A DNA stretch of 64,000 nucleotides, from the NCBI RefSeq assembly GCF_020745735.1, contig NC_083413.1:19220001-19284000 (forward strand), read 5' to 3'. The stretch's first letter is position 1. Each line of letters opens with the position of its first letter. The notes below the pieces were generated by a model, which saw only the letters and a program-made list of their open reading frames with translations, had not been told where the DNA came from and searched no databases. This document shows, in pieces, positions 12,093 to 24,268 of this stretch. Position numbers and translations under genes: made by a program. The stretch is from Hemiscyllium ocellatum. Its lineage: Eukaryota.

Positions 12093-12323
12093 TGTGGCAC
12101 TGGAAAAGGCACAGCAGGTCAGGCAGCAACCAAGGAGCAAGAGAGTCGAGGTTTTGGGCAGGAACCTTCTCCAGAATTGGTGAGGGGGAAGGGGCTTAAT
12201 AGATAATCTCAACCCCCTTCCCACTACCCACTACTGAAGGAGGGTCCTGTCCAAAACTGAGCTTTCCAGCACCACGTTTTATCAACTCTGATTTCTCAGG
12301 ATCTGCAGTCCGCACTGTCTCCT
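12093..12323. mobile_element. Palindromic Penelope-like element (inverted pLTR pair)
   Basis: Left arm is the reverse complement of the pLTR; right arm has CTGAAGGA-GGGT..GTCC-AAAAC and the ctgcagtccgcactgtctcct tail. 15-bp flanking repeat AGATGTTT(A/G)ATAAAA at 12078 / 12324. Confidence 0.7.
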
Positions 12324-12334
12324 AGATGTTTGAT

Positions 12335-12510
12335 AAAAACCAAAAGAACTGCAGATGCTCTAAATCAGGAATAAAAGCAGAAATTGCTGGAAAAGCTCAA
12401 AAGGTCGGCCAACATATATGGGTCACTCAACCCGAAACGTTTACCTGATTTCTCTCCACAGACACAGCCTGACATGTTGAGCTTTTTCAGCAATTTCTAG
12501 GTTTTGTTAT
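12335..12510. mobile_element. Older palindromic Penelope-like element
   Basis: Arms agaaattgctggaaaagctcaa / ttgagctttttcagcaatttct around the hammerhead remnant GGGTCACTCAACCC-GAAACGTT. Confidence 0.6.
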
Positions 12511-12799
12511 GCTGCTGCAGATGTTTGAGACATTTTGTCCTTTTAAATAATTTGAAATAGAGCAGATAGTTTCCAAACCCAGAAGTGGCAGCCTTTGGCA
12601 TATTTGTGAGTTTGCATGAGGCACAGCGAACAATAGTTTGACCAGAATTAGCGTTGCCCCGCAGAATATGAGGACAGCTGAAGGAAGATGCTGATAGTAT
12701 TCCTGCTGCTTTCTGGACTTCCAGAGGTGCTCAATTCCACTGGAAAATACACTTCAGATTTTCTCCTGGAAGACCACTTCAGAATTCTGAGGATCCATC

Positions 12800-12943
12800 G
12801 ACCTGCACATCTTACACTGTGGGAGGAAACCAGAGCACCCAGAGATAACTCGTGCAGGTGTGGGGGGAATGCACAAACTCCACACAGTTGCCCGAGGCAG
12901 GAATCAGAGCCAGGTCCCTGGTAGCAGTGCTACCACTGTGTCA
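12800..12943 (-). mobile_element. Decayed V-SINE upstream of V2R exon 1 (copies near 30965-31110 and 49148-49294)
   Basis: ctgtgggaggaaaccagagcaccc...caaactccacacag is the reverse complement of the V-domain. Confidence 0.75.
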
Positions 12944-13125
12944 TCTCAGTTGGATTGAAGCTACACAGGTGACTGCATTTTCAATTATTTTCTTCATGTG
13001 TCTCTTGTTGATTAAAGTGGTGCTGTGTTTTCTTCAGGGACTAGCCAATCAATTTTTTGATGGTTATTAGAGATTGAAATCAATTTGGCGTCATTCTGGC
13101 GAGGTTTACTGAAATAGCTACAGCT

Positions 13126-13134
13126 TATATAAAA
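13126..13134 (+). promoter_or_regulatory. Candidate TATA box, V2R copy 1
   Basis: TATATAAAA about 50 bp upstream of the ATG, conserved in all three copies; CCAAT at 13045 and TGGCGTCA at 13086. Confidence 0.55.
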
Positions 13135-13178
13135 TTAGTCCTCTCACTCTCAACCGAGGACAAACATTTGTCCTGTCA

Positions 13179-16100
13179 ATGATGCATTTTTTGGTCCTTT
13201 TAGTGATGAATTCTGCTCTTGCCTTGGCGTGGACCAGTAATGAGCAGACTTGCAAACGTTGGAGTAGACTTGATTTGCTGGGTCTCTCGAAGGATGGAGA
13301 TATCATATTAGGTGGAATTTTTGGGATGCATTCTTACCACGTTGAGCATCGGCAATTCACGTTGAGCAGTCGCCCTGAGCCAGCAAAATGCATCAGGTCG
13401 GTTCAACTGCCCTCTTGCTGATTCAAGGGTTTATACATTTGCATTTGTATTTAATTTGTGAATTTAAGGTAAAATAATTGTTTGGTTTACTTTTGCAGCA
13501 TGTCCCAATTAGCTTCATAATCAAGCAGGTATTCAATGTTGCCACGAGGTGATGCAGCAATGTATGCACCTCAAGCTTCCACAATTGGTCTTGTTCAAAA
13601 CTCAAAACCCACTTTGAGCATTTTGGAATGAAGGATACGTGTCAGTTAATACATTGTGGGAGGGCCCCTGCTCTTCTTTGAAATACTTCTGTTGGACCTG
13701 AGAAGGAAGGTCGCGGACCCGCTGAAAGTCTGACTTGAAATTGAAGACAGTGACATATCTTTGTTTAATGTCAGTTAAGATTTTTTGTTCAAGGCTCTGC
13801 ATTGAAGCATTTATCCATCAACTTGCAATTTAGTGGCCTTGTTACTGAATTATAACTAATAATAGCTACGTGGTGATTCTCTCAGGAAAAAAACTGCTAT
13901 TGTTGTTTTAAAGTTTGTTTTTACACCTTCTCTGCAGCTTTCGGTTCAGACCTTTCCGTTTTGCACTGGCGATGATTTTTGCAATCGAGGAAATAAATAA
14001 CGATACAGCTCTACTTCCCGGTGTCACACTGGGATACCGTCTGTACGATTCTTGTAAGTTGACTCAGTTATCGCTGAAAGCAGCTATGGCGTTTCTGAAC
14101 AAACCCGAGGCAAACACGCCCTCTGTTAATTGTAAAAACTCCTCCGTTGTTTCTGCCATTGTTGCTGATTCTGGATCTACGAGGTCTTTAGCAATAGCAC
14201 CTTCCATGGGTATCTTCAGAATCCCTATGGTAAGATATGGTGTTCACTAACTCAGTTATGCAATGTGAATACATTAAGATCAACAGTGCATATGATGTTA
14301 TATGGGTCATTTAATCTATTGTCAGTGCAAAATTTGGAATTTGTTCATCCAAAGGAGAGCAAGGTCTGCAGTTACATCGCCTTTAGAATGTTCATTCAGA
14401 ATGGTGAGACTGTCCAGTACAATGACTGTTGATTGCTCTTTGGCTCGGTTTAGCCATAGTTTTATAACGAAGCTATTATTCCTCTTCATCTAACATAATG
14501 CTTCGAAAGTCTCATTTCAAAAACTTAGTGATGAATTAAAGTAACCTATAAAAAAAAGCAAACATTCAAAAATGATTTGAACAATTGGCAATTTTAGTTC
14601 ATTTTTATTCACTGCTGAGTTGCGGGTTGTACTGGCAAAACCAACATTTGTTTCCAACCCCAAGTTACCCTTGAACTGAATGGCTTCCAGCAACGTCTGC
14701 GAGTCAGGTTTACAGTGAGCTATATTACGAGGACCAACAACAGAAATTGTTGGAAAATCTCAGCATGCCTGGCAACATCTGTGGAGAGAAATCAGCGTTA
14801 ATGTTTAGGTACCGTGACCTTTCTCCAGAACATCATATGGAGTCGCATGTAGGATGGATATCAGTGAACGAGATGGGAACGTTTGTTTTACTGCAAGCTT
14901 AGCTTAATGCTCACCATTACTGGCGCTATCTTTATTTTTCATATGTGTCCTTTGAATTTAGTCACCACTAGTTACCATGGTGATGTGCCGATAATATTTG
15001 CACACTGCACCTTCACTCTTTGCTCACACGAAGAGATTCAACAAATGCTAAATGAACCACATCCTAAGATTTTAAACTGACTATTTTATCAGAGCTTTAC
15101 TCAATTTCGAACCAACCTGTCTCGTGATGATATTGCACCCTAAGGTTGATGTATTTGGTCCACAGGTCAGGACCACAAAAGCCCTACACCATTTTTCTTT
15201 GCAGCTGTTTGTCAATACTTTGATGTGTTCTTTTCATGAACCATGGTAACTTAATTTACGAGTGATCAATTCAGCTGTTACCAATCTTTCTTAAGTGTAA
15301 TGGCGTTCGCTTTTCAAAGCTATGTGTTACCACATTTGTCCGTCTTACTTTTTAACCAAAACCTTAACCCACTGATTGGAAACAGTGCCTTGGTGAAATG
15401 AATTTTACGGTCAGGGATGTTGTATTTAATCACATGCTTTTGTTTTTGATGCATGATTTAAAATAAAAACAGATAACGTTCACAATAATGGGCAGGTCAA
15501 GCACATCTTTCAAGAGAGAAATCATAACTTCAAAAATGAACTAATGTCATGTTGAATTCAGCATCGTGATGCGAGACCACAAGTCAATTTTTCGACTAGT
15601 CAGGGCAGAAAAACATTCTATTTGGATCCACTGAGAAAAAAGTAACTTTCATTTCATTAAATACTCTTGTGCTGTCAGCTCTAATGTAAAGATCAAGCAG
15701 CAAAGTGTTGACACAGAACGCTGTTCCTTGAAACTTGGAAATTAAGGATTTGTCACATTGAAAGGGGAGCAACATACACATTAATGTAATGTATACAAAG
15801 CCTACCCAACAATAAACCACAGCATAAATAGAATGCAAAATGATACAACACAAACATGATGTTCACAATTGATATATTTCTAAATTAAACTAAATGTAAA
15901 ACTACTAGTTTACTACGAATGTGTAATCATGCCTGAGAGACAGTAAGCTTAATTTTGCTACCAGAAGCTGAATTCTTCAATATTGTACCTCACAAACTTA
16001 AATTTGAAAACCAGTATTGTTGAAAACGTTGTTAAAGATATAAGGGTTTGGTTGAAGAGTAATTTTAATTTTTGACAATGATCAGGGAGAATTACTCACA

Positions 16101-19100
16101 TATCCTACATCTTATTTTTTTTCTTTTTCCTCCATTGACTTCCATGTGAATGCACAAAAGATGAGATCAACAGTGGACCATCTCTATTAGACAAAGTTAG
16201 AAATCGTCCAAGGTCACCTGTAGAGAAAGAGAGTGTGAATAAGAGAATGTTCATAGACATTCTTCACGTTAAATTCTGAAGATTGGACATTATACATGGT
16301 TGCGGTTCGGACAAGAAAGAGCAAAGATTGGAATGAATCTTGGGAGTGAATATTTGAATGGAATGTTTTGAAATTATGAAATAAATTGTATATTGTCTGT
16401 TTAAGAAGATCCACTCCTGTAAGCACTGTAGGAGGTAAACATATTGCACTTCTCCACTGATATTTTTGCCATGATATCATGCACAACCACAAATTATAAT
16501 CGAAATACAAAGTTTGTTTTTTGCTTTATTTGTGGCAGATTAGTTACTTTGCAACCTGTGCATGCCTGAGCAATAGAAAAGAATATCCATCATTTTTTCG
16601 AACAATACCAAGTGATTACTATCAGGCGAGAGCATTAGCCCAGCTGGTGAAGCATTTTGGATGGACCTGGATTGGGACAGTTAAGAGCGAAAATGACTAT
16701 GGAAACTTTGGAATGCATGCATTTGAAGAGGCAGTTCAACAGTTAGGCATTTGCATAGCCTTTTCTGAGTCATTTCACATAACATATGCTCGAGAGAAAT
16801 TACTGAAAACAATTGACACCATTAAAAACCTCTTCTGCAAAAGTTGTCGTTGCCTTTGTGGGAGAATCAAACATGCGGACTTTACTAAAAGAAATGATTA
16901 GACAAAATGTCAGTGGCATACAATGGATTGGAACTGAATCATGGGTTTCTGCATTGCTTCTTTCTCCGGAGGAAACCAAAAAGATTGCTTCTGGTACAAT
17001 TGGAGTTGCAATTCGCAAAGTCCATATACCAGGGTTGAGAGAGTTCCTAATGAATGTTCATCCATCCTTGTATCCAGAGAACCTTTTGATCAAAATGTTT
17101 TGGGAAAGTTGTTTTGGCTGTACTCTAACTGATGGAAACAAAACAGATTCACGAAAAACTGAATCGGAGCTGAAGAAATGCACAGGAAGAGAAAATTTAC
17201 AAAATGTCCAAAATGAATTTACTGATGTCTTGCAATACAGAGTCACTTACAACGTGTACAAAGCAACTTATGCAATAGCTCATGCACTTCACAATATGGC
17301 GTCATGTAAAACTGGGTCAGGGCCTTTCTCCAATGGGAGTTGTGCCAATATTTCAAATTTTCAACCATGGCAGGTGAGGAACATTTAACATGGTTTGAGC
17401 TCTGCATTTACATATATGTCAAAAGTGGTCAAATTCTCAGTTGAAAATTTGCAATTAATGTAAATAAGTTCTCATTTTGTTTTTTTTGTTTAAAGTTACT
17501 ATATTATATGAGAACAGTGAAATTCACAACCAAGATCGGAGAAAAAGTTTATTTTGATGAAAATGGAGACCCTGTCGCAACATATGATATTGTAAACTGG
17601 CAACCAAATGCCCTCGGTAACATCGACATTGTAAATGTTGGGCTCTATGATGGAACAGCTCGTTTCGGAGAAGAACTTTCAATAACAGAAGGGGCGATTG
17701 TTTGGAGTGGTGGTCAGAAGTTGGTAAGATTTCTGGAAAACCATCCCTTTTAAACTGACTTAATTTTTATTTCAAAATCCGGCCACATTGCAGGAATAAA
17801 TAAAGAAAACATTTTTATTTCTGAATTTGATTTTCATTTTAGCCATTAAATGGTATTACTGCAAATTGCATCTGATTTTATTTTGATATTTCCCTATTTC
17901 CTTTTTTAATAAAATGAAGCAAATCCCGGAACACATCTGGTATGTTATCTCAAGAATCTGCACAAACCTACTATTCGCACTTTACTGACATGATGAGGTC
18001 ACAAGTGCTGATATTATTTCAAAAGCAATAGTGCTAACAAAGGTGACATAATTAGGATTTGTTCTGTTACCAGAGTGAATGTTGTACATTTGCCACAGGG
18101 AATTACTAACGTTTCTTCATCATGGTATTCATATTCCTAATGAGGTACCTAAAGCTGTTTGTTCTGAAAGCTGCCATCAAGGAACAAGAAAAGCAGGAAG
18201 AAAAGGACAACCCGTTTGCTGTTTTGATTGTATACAATGTGCGCAGGGTGAAATTAGTAACACAACTGGTAAGGATACACCATTGCCACAGGCATTGTTT
18301 CTTCAACTACATGTGCATTGCTCATGTTTCAAGATTCCTCGTATACTGATGAAGTCTTGTGTTGCTTGTTAGATTCCATTCATTGCATAAAATGTCCATT
18401 GGAATTCAAATCTAATGAAAGACGGGATCAGTGCGTTCCAAAGGAAATTGTGTTCCTTTCCTTTTTCGAGACAATGGGAATCATTTTGATGACACTGGCG
18501 CTGTTTGGAGCCTGCACCACTATTGCTGTATTTGCAATATTCTACATCTACAGACACACACCAATTGTGAAAGCTAATAACTCAGAGTTAAGCTTCCTTC
18601 TACTTTTTGCCCTGACACTTTGTTTTCTGTGTTCAATTACATTCATTGGGGAACCTTCAGTTTGGTCTTGTATGCTCTGCCACGTAGCATTTGGTATTAG
18701 TTTTGTTCTTTGCATTTCTTGTGTATTGAGTAAAACAATTGTTGTGGTGATGGCGTTCAAAGCAACATTTCCCAGCAATAATATGATGCAGTGGTTTGGA
18801 CCAAGACAACAACGGCTGATGGTTTACATCCTCACACTGGTACAATGTGTAATATGTACTGCCTGGTTAATTGTATTTCCACCTTATCCATTGAAAAATA
18901 CTAGTCACTCTAATGAGATAATCGTGTTTGAATGCAATGTAGGATCTTTGTTAGCCTTCTACAGTGTACTTGGTTATATTGGATTTCTGTCCTGTGCATG
19001 TTTTGTCATGGCTTTTCTGGCTCGACAACTTCCAAATAACTTCAATGAAGCGAAACACATAACGTTTAGCATGCTTATCTTTTGCGCAGTTTGGATAACT

Positions 19101-19304
19101 TTCATTCCAGCTTACATAAGTTCGCCAGGGAAATATGCTGTGGCAGTTGAAGTATTTGCTATTTTGGCTTCTAGCTTTGGTCTTCTTATTTGCATTTTTT
19201 CTCCAAAATGTTACATTATTCTGTTGAAGAAAGAAAACAATACAAAGAGGAACATGATGGGCTCAGTGGATTCAAAAAAATTCTTTAAGCGTGTTGATAA
19301 ATGA
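13179..19304 (+). pseudogene. V2R/OlfC (CaSR-like class C GPCR) copy 1, frameshifted in exon 3
   Basis: Exons 13179-13396, 13938-14229, 16539-17373, 17496-17723, 18145-18268, 18373-19304, all GT-AG. Motifs: signal peptide, [45 protein letters not shown], Cys-rich CSESC..CCFDC, 7[23 protein letters not shown]. Exon 3 is 835 nt versus 834 nt in the paralogs (extra T at 16822/16823), giving a stop at 16899-16901. Confidence 0.85.
14735..14831 (-). mobile_element. Penelope-like pLTR fragment in intron 2 (copies near 32917-33012 and 51096-51191)
   Basis: Copy 2 reverse complement: GTT-CTGGAGA-AAGGTCACGGTACC-GAAACATT-AAC (degenerate hammerhead), then ctgatttctctccacagatgttgccagg. Confidence 0.6.
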
Positions 19305-19511
19305 GACACAGGTGTTTTAGTAGATAATGACCTTGTCATAATGATAGTGAATGGCAATTCCATGTGAAGAGCCATAAAGCAAAATATTGTACCAGCACTC
19401 ATTTTACATAATCGAACAATGACCTGCAATACCTGCAATTTTGGAGTTTGGCTGATAATTTTGACTATTTTATACATCTGTCCCAAGTTTCATTTGCATG
19501 AAACCTCGGAG

Positions 19512-19687
19512 CAGAGGAACCTCACTTACCCAGCATTCAATTATCTGAATTTCAGATTATCTGAATAATGTCGCAAGGTCCTGATGTGTGGTTAAACTGT
19601 TTTATCCAACATTCGATTATCTGGCATTCGATTATCCAAACAAAGTAGACCCTGCCTGTGTCGTTCAGATTATCAAGGTTCCTCTTG
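19512..19687. mobile_element. Tigger/pogo-like MITE in the putative 3' UTR of copy 1
   Basis: Terminal inverted repeats CAGAGGAACCT / AGGTTCCTCTTG followed by TA; internal repeats of TTCGATTATC(C/T). Confidence 0.7.
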
Positions 19688-19815
19688 TAATCAGAACTGA
19701 ATGGTGTGTAACCTATATTTATTGAAAGATGGATCAAAGTTCATTTTTGTTCCCTTATTGTGACTTGAATTTCTTTATTGCATGGAGATTCTATTTGAAA
19801 CTTGCTTGATCTGTG

Positions 19816-19821
19816 AATAAA
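19816..19821 (+). terminator. Candidate polyadenylation signal, copy 1 (also 37997-38002 and 57247-57252)
   Basis: First AATAAA I found after the stop codon, about 510 nt downstream, conserved in all three copies. Confidence 0.5.
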
Positions 19822-20503
19822 AACTCAATTCTGAAGCTTGGTCTATTCAAATGCCCAAATAGATAGCTCACATCGTTTTCACAAAGGACTTCAATAACAA
19901 TGCTGTCATTGTGCTAAATTGACATTGAAGGGGATTGCTGGTGGGAAGGTGGGATGATGATGTTGGAAGAGGGAAGGTTTTGGAAATTTTGAATTCACCA
20001 TGTTGGCGGTAATTTGGAAAACTCAATATTTGGTCTTTTTCAGAATTAGTTTTCTATTCATATCCAAAGGAGCTCACAGATAATTATCTTCTCCCATTCT
20101 TAACGAGGACATAGCTGTAATATGCACTCACTAACCAGCAGGCTCTCTATGCTTCTTTAAATGATATGCACCATATATGTACTCTTAACATTTTTGACTA
20201 TCTTCTCGCTGAGATGTTGTAATTCATTGTTGTATTGTACTTAGGTCATTGTCGACGCCTAATTTACCAAGTTATTCCCGAAATGGTTGCTCTTTTTTAT
20301 CTATGCACTGTCACATATGGCATGCATAGTCTTCTACCTTGATTGAAACCTGTAGAAGTTGGTGTTTTCAACATAGTTATCCATTTATCGTGCACATTAT
20401 TTACCATATATCCATGAATATGAATACTTTCCACCTAACAACAATGTCAGAAGTATTGGTGTTCAGTGTGAGAAAAATTAGAGAAATCATTATGGATGAT
20501 TAT

Positions 20504-20822
20504 GGGCGGCACGGTGGCACAGTGGTTGGCACTGCTGCCTCTCAGCGCCAGAGACCCGGGTCCAATTCCCGCCTCAGGCAACTGTCTGTGTGGAGTTTGC
20601 ATATTCTCCCAGTGTCTGCATGGGTTTCCTCCGGGTGCTCTGGTTTCTGCCCACAGTCCAAAAATGTGCAGTTGAGGTGAATTGACCATGCTCAATTGCC
20701 CATAGAGTTACGTGAAGGGGTAAATGTAGGGGAATGGGTCTGGGTGGGTTGTGCTTTGGAAATCGGTGTGGACTTGTTGGACCGAAGAGCCTGTTTCCAC
20801 ACTGTAAGTAATCTAATCTAAT
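20504..20822 (+). mobile_element. HE1-like V-SINE, full length
   Basis: GGGCGGCACGGTGGCACAGTGG head, V-domain, cctgtttccacactgtaagt(aatct)n tail. Confidence 0.92.
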
Positions 20823-23800
20823 TTCACGAGGAGTAAAATCTTTAATGGTGAATGGAGGTGTTTAATTAACTTATTCGGTTCCTTTGAACTGAATTCTGAG
20901 TGTGGGAGAAATCAACAATCATGGATGAGATCATACCTGCAGACCTGTCTTATATCATGCTGTTGGGAGAGGTGACTGGTCCAGGAGGAGAGTTGATCTG
21001 TCCTTGAAGGATTGGCAGATGGAGGAATGTTATATTGAGAACTGGTCTGTGTGAAGGCAGTTTTGCTGTGGGAATGCTTCTGTGTCTTATGATCCATCAG
21101 CATGAAATTAAATTGACCTCTTCCATGTAGCAGCCATTGCCTCGCTTTGGCTGTCAGTTTTCTAGGCAGCACAGGAAAGCCTGCCATTTACAGCTGGAAT
21201 TGGTAGACAGGGAATAATAGCAACTAAATCTTATTACAATATTGAGTCTCACGTTACTTCCTAGGCAGTTTGGCTCCCAGACTTCTGCAACACGTAATTA
21301 TGTATCATGAATTTATCAGATATCTTAAAGAATGGAACAAGTAGGGCAAAAAAGGGGGGAAATACTCAATGTGCTGCATGTGAATTCACTAAATCTATGA
21401 AGAGGGCTGACATAAAAAAAGGTTACTACACAAAATATGAGCTCATTGTGCTTGGGCTCATATATTAATATGATTATATGATTGGATAACTAACAGGAGT
21501 CATTAAGGTTGTTCATCTCTAGGTTAGAAAGTTGGAACAAGTACGATACTGCAGAGATGGTCCGTCACCGAATTATAATACGCATTAGACCTCGCTATCC
21601 ATTCAAGAGTGTTTTGTAGACACATTTGCTGATGATAGATGGACAGGAAAGCACTTTTGAGGCATAAAATGTTTGGAGAAAATATCTGCAACTGGATATA
21701 TGTAGGTTAACAGATTGGACAAAAATGTCAGGTAGAGTCTGTTTTGCAGTTGTTTAACCTCAGTCCCTTTGATCAGATGAATAAAATAATAAAATGTAAG
21801 TTCGAAAATAACATGGTTCCTATTTTAGGGGAAGATGGGAAGAATGTCTTCCTCCAAGGGCCATTATTTTTAGAATTCTCTTTCCGAGGCAGCAGTACAA
21901 GTTGAATCATCGAATATATTCAAGGGCATGTTAAATTTATTTTCAATCCACAAATGAGTCAAGGGTTATGAGGAGAAAGTACAGAAGTGCTGTAGGCAGA
22001 TCATCCATTATCGTACTAAGTGATGGAGTAGGATCATGGTGGCCTAGTTAAAGAGAAGACCACATCATGCGCAACAGAGTTGAAGGGAAGATAGTCAGCA
22101 ATTAATGGCATGGGACTAACTGCACTGGAGGCAAGGCTGAAGAGTTTGCGGTTCGATGTTGTACCTTCCACATCCAGTTGAGTGCCTAGCTTCTACATCA
22201 TCAGGAAAACCAGGCCACAGCATTTTTTTCAAATTGACCAACCAAAGCATTTACATCAAATTTCATGTGGAATTTGGCAAAAACATTTAACTACACAATA
22301 CATATAATGGCAAGATTCTTTCTCCCATTTTTGGATCCAACAAATTTTAATGTATCTTTGTCTGCTGTCTGCACTCAACACTAACCCTCATTGCTACTTT
22401 AGTTCAAAGATGGCCAATTGTTTCAATTCTAGAAATGTGTTAAGATTGTGGAAGGTGACATTTGATGGAGGGCAGCCTTGAGAAACTCAAATAAAATTGA
22501 AACCATGGAAAACCTGTCCAGTGCCGAGAGCTATACTCAGCACAAAGGTCTTGGAGGCAAAATACAGTATCACTAGTTCTACAGAACGCTGATTGCAGTC
22601 CCACAATCTTCAGCCGTTTTAACAAGAAAAAGTCTTCATCAGAAAATCAGAAGTGGAATGATGACACTGTGTTCAGTACTATTTTCAATGACTCAGATAA
22701 TACAGCAATTCCTGCCCAGATGCAGAAAAGCCATGGATTGCTTTCAGGCTTGCGATGGTTAAGAGGTAATGAACGTGCAAGTTACACAAGTACCAAACAT
22801 TAATCATCTTCAACAAAACAAAACTTAATCATCACCCCTTATCTTTACTTTATGTTATTATTAATAAATTCTCCACTTCCAACATCCTGCGTGATTCCAT
22901 TGGCCTGGAGATGTCATAGAAATATTATGCTTACAAAGGCTTGATTTTCTCAGTGGAAGAATATGCTTCTCGGTTTCTCCAAGTCTTTTCACCAGCTGTG
23001 GGACACAATTGAGTAGGCTGCTGAGCCAAGCTCACTTTGCTGGGCAGTGCAACTCCAACAGCATGTCAACAAAATCGTGGAACAAAGCAGCTCACTTGAT
23101 CAAAATATGAATCACATTAAACCTGAACTTCATTTTCAGTAGTGCATCATGCCAGCAGTGTATAATCTACAAGATTACAGAGAATGGTTACCACAAAGAA
23201 GGAGGCCATTCAACCTGCTGAATCTGTACCTACCCATTACAGGAGAAAATGTGCTTGCTTGCTTCTTCACCCTTGTCCTTTAACAATATACCCATTAATC
23301 TTGAGGCGCTTATCCAATTTCGTTTGAAAGCCACAAATGTATTTGCTGCCATGACTGTATTACTGACTCCATTCCAGATTATAACTACTCTCACCATAAG
23401 CATTTACTTTCCTGATGCACCATTCAGTATATTGGAAACATTGTTCTTACTTTGCTGTTGATAATTCACAAATGTAGGGGTTTGTCTGACAATGCAGGGT
23501 GTCTGTGGCTACACCATAAGGAGCACAGTGTTTTGTTTAGAGGAAATATAGAAATATTTAGAAATATAATGTTTAGAGGATGCTCCAGTCCAGAATTGCT
23601 TTGTGGAAGTCTCAATTCAGCTCAATGCAAGTGGAAGTATTTAAAAGGCTATTTAGGTTAGTTCAGAAATCAAATCGAACATTCAAAGCAGAAAGACATG
23701 AAATAAAAGTCAGTAAATATGCGAAAGAGAAATATGGTCTCAATTCATGTGTGTAAGGCAATTAACCATATATTTGAGTAGATGGTTACAAGGCACAAGG

Positions 23801-24268
23801 TGAAGACATAGTGAAAGGTCAAAAACGGTTGGAAGACTGTGCTGTCCATCCAATCTCTAGTGTGTGAAAGCTGGTCTTTCAGTCCATACTGAGTGTCTGA
23901 ACACACTTTCACCCTGACCCATACTCGATATCGTTTACCTGTAACTGCATTTCCTGTGACATAACAACCTAGCTTGCACATCCCTGAAGTTCCGAGGACG
24001 TATGGCTTGCCTGAAACTTCAACTCTACTTTCTCTCTACAGTTGCTGCAAGATCTCTCATGCTTTTCCAACAATTTGTTTTCATGGATATTGAGTGGCTT
24101 GGAGGAAACTTGCCATCACGGCACAATTTCTTCTCATAGTCTTATATTTGCACTAGTATTCTATTTTTGATATAGTCCACATTTTCATATTGAATTTGAC
24201 TCTCTACTGTATTGCAAAAATTGCAATTGTTACACCTACTGTTTTTCAGTCATGTTTCACCATCCGGT

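Noticed and set aside
13179-13421. 80-aa signal-peptide ORF as a standalone secreted peptide
   Set aside because: It is V2R exon 1 reading a few codons past its GTCGGT donor; the phase matches exon 2.
16813-16830. Programmed ribosomal frameshift rescuing copy 1
   Set aside because: The paralogs lack the extra base and no stimulatory structure is evident; a mutation or error is simpler.
20504-20580. tRNA-like A/B boxes as tRNA genes
   Set aside because: These are SINE heads continuing into V-domain and LINE-derived tails.
21436-21464. Hairpin ATATGAGCTCA-TTGTGCT-TGGGCTCATAT
   Set aside because: Short, lies in what looks like decayed CR1 sequence, and recurs only because of the duplication.
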